Below, one piece after another: positions 63,801 to 64,000 of a stretch of 64,000 bases of DNA. The notes beneath the pieces are model-generated. The model saw only the letters and a list, made by a program, of their open reading frames with translations, was not told where the DNA came from and made no database searches. The position numbers and the translations under genes were made by a program. Origin of the DNA: Eledone cirrhosa (taxonomy: Eukaryota). Every line of letters begins with the position of its first letter. Position 1 is the stretch's first letter. The stretch spans positions 124,992,001 to 125,056,000 of the forward strand of contig OZ024744.1 in the NCBI GenBank assembly GCA_964016885.1. The letters are read 5' to 3'.

Positions 63801-64000
63801 AAACAGGGAATAAAAATATGTTGGTGTATTGGGGGGGGGGGGTAAACATGTGAGTTAATGGGAATGTTTTTGTTTGTTTTTATTGAAACATATTCAATCT
63901 ACAGATAGGTTGTTATAGTTATTTAGTCTCGGGTCTGCCATTATCTGCAGATTTATAATTGAGGGGTGTTCCAGGTGTGACCACCCTACATTATTCCTAG

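Larger units (their letters stand above)
49814..64000 (+). repeat. Segmental duplicate of 7266-22913 (near-identical, differing by indels)
   Basis: Identical ORFs at offsets 42549, 44371, 41195 and 41091. The offset changes are explained by a 1.8-kb deletion, the CR1 insertion and repeat-length changes. Confidence 0.95.

Overview
Gene-free, repeat-dominated animal genomic DNA. The SINE, RTE and microsatellite style suggests a cephalopod (Octopus-like), but that is inference. The only substantial intact coding region is ORF2 (APE+RT) of a young, 5'-truncated CR1 LINE on the minus strand (11906-14671). It has no usable ATG and is preceded by a G GGA AAC slippery site at the ORF1 stop. The most unusual feature is a collapsed rDNA-like unit at 25.2-36.1 kb. 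It runs: (CCCTAA)n, 172-bp spacer repeats, ETS-like DNA, the 18S 5' end, a 7.3-kb satellite of ~21 modular units stitched from non-colinear conserved 18S and 28S fragments, the 28S 3' end, and G-rich telomere-like repeats. Also present are a nested-palindrome ~1.58-kb satellite (1-4.6 kb and 36.1-41.5 kb, the second ending just upstream of a Helitron 3' end), a 3.67-kb tandem triplication, and a ~14-kb segmental duplication that shows the empty CR1 site. Smaller items include a twin-primed (5'-inverted) Dong/R4 insertion, an orphan histone-type stem-loop, and many decayed RTE, CRE, SINE, piggyBac-MITE and Helitron fragments. All family assignments come from motif recognition by eye; no searches were run.
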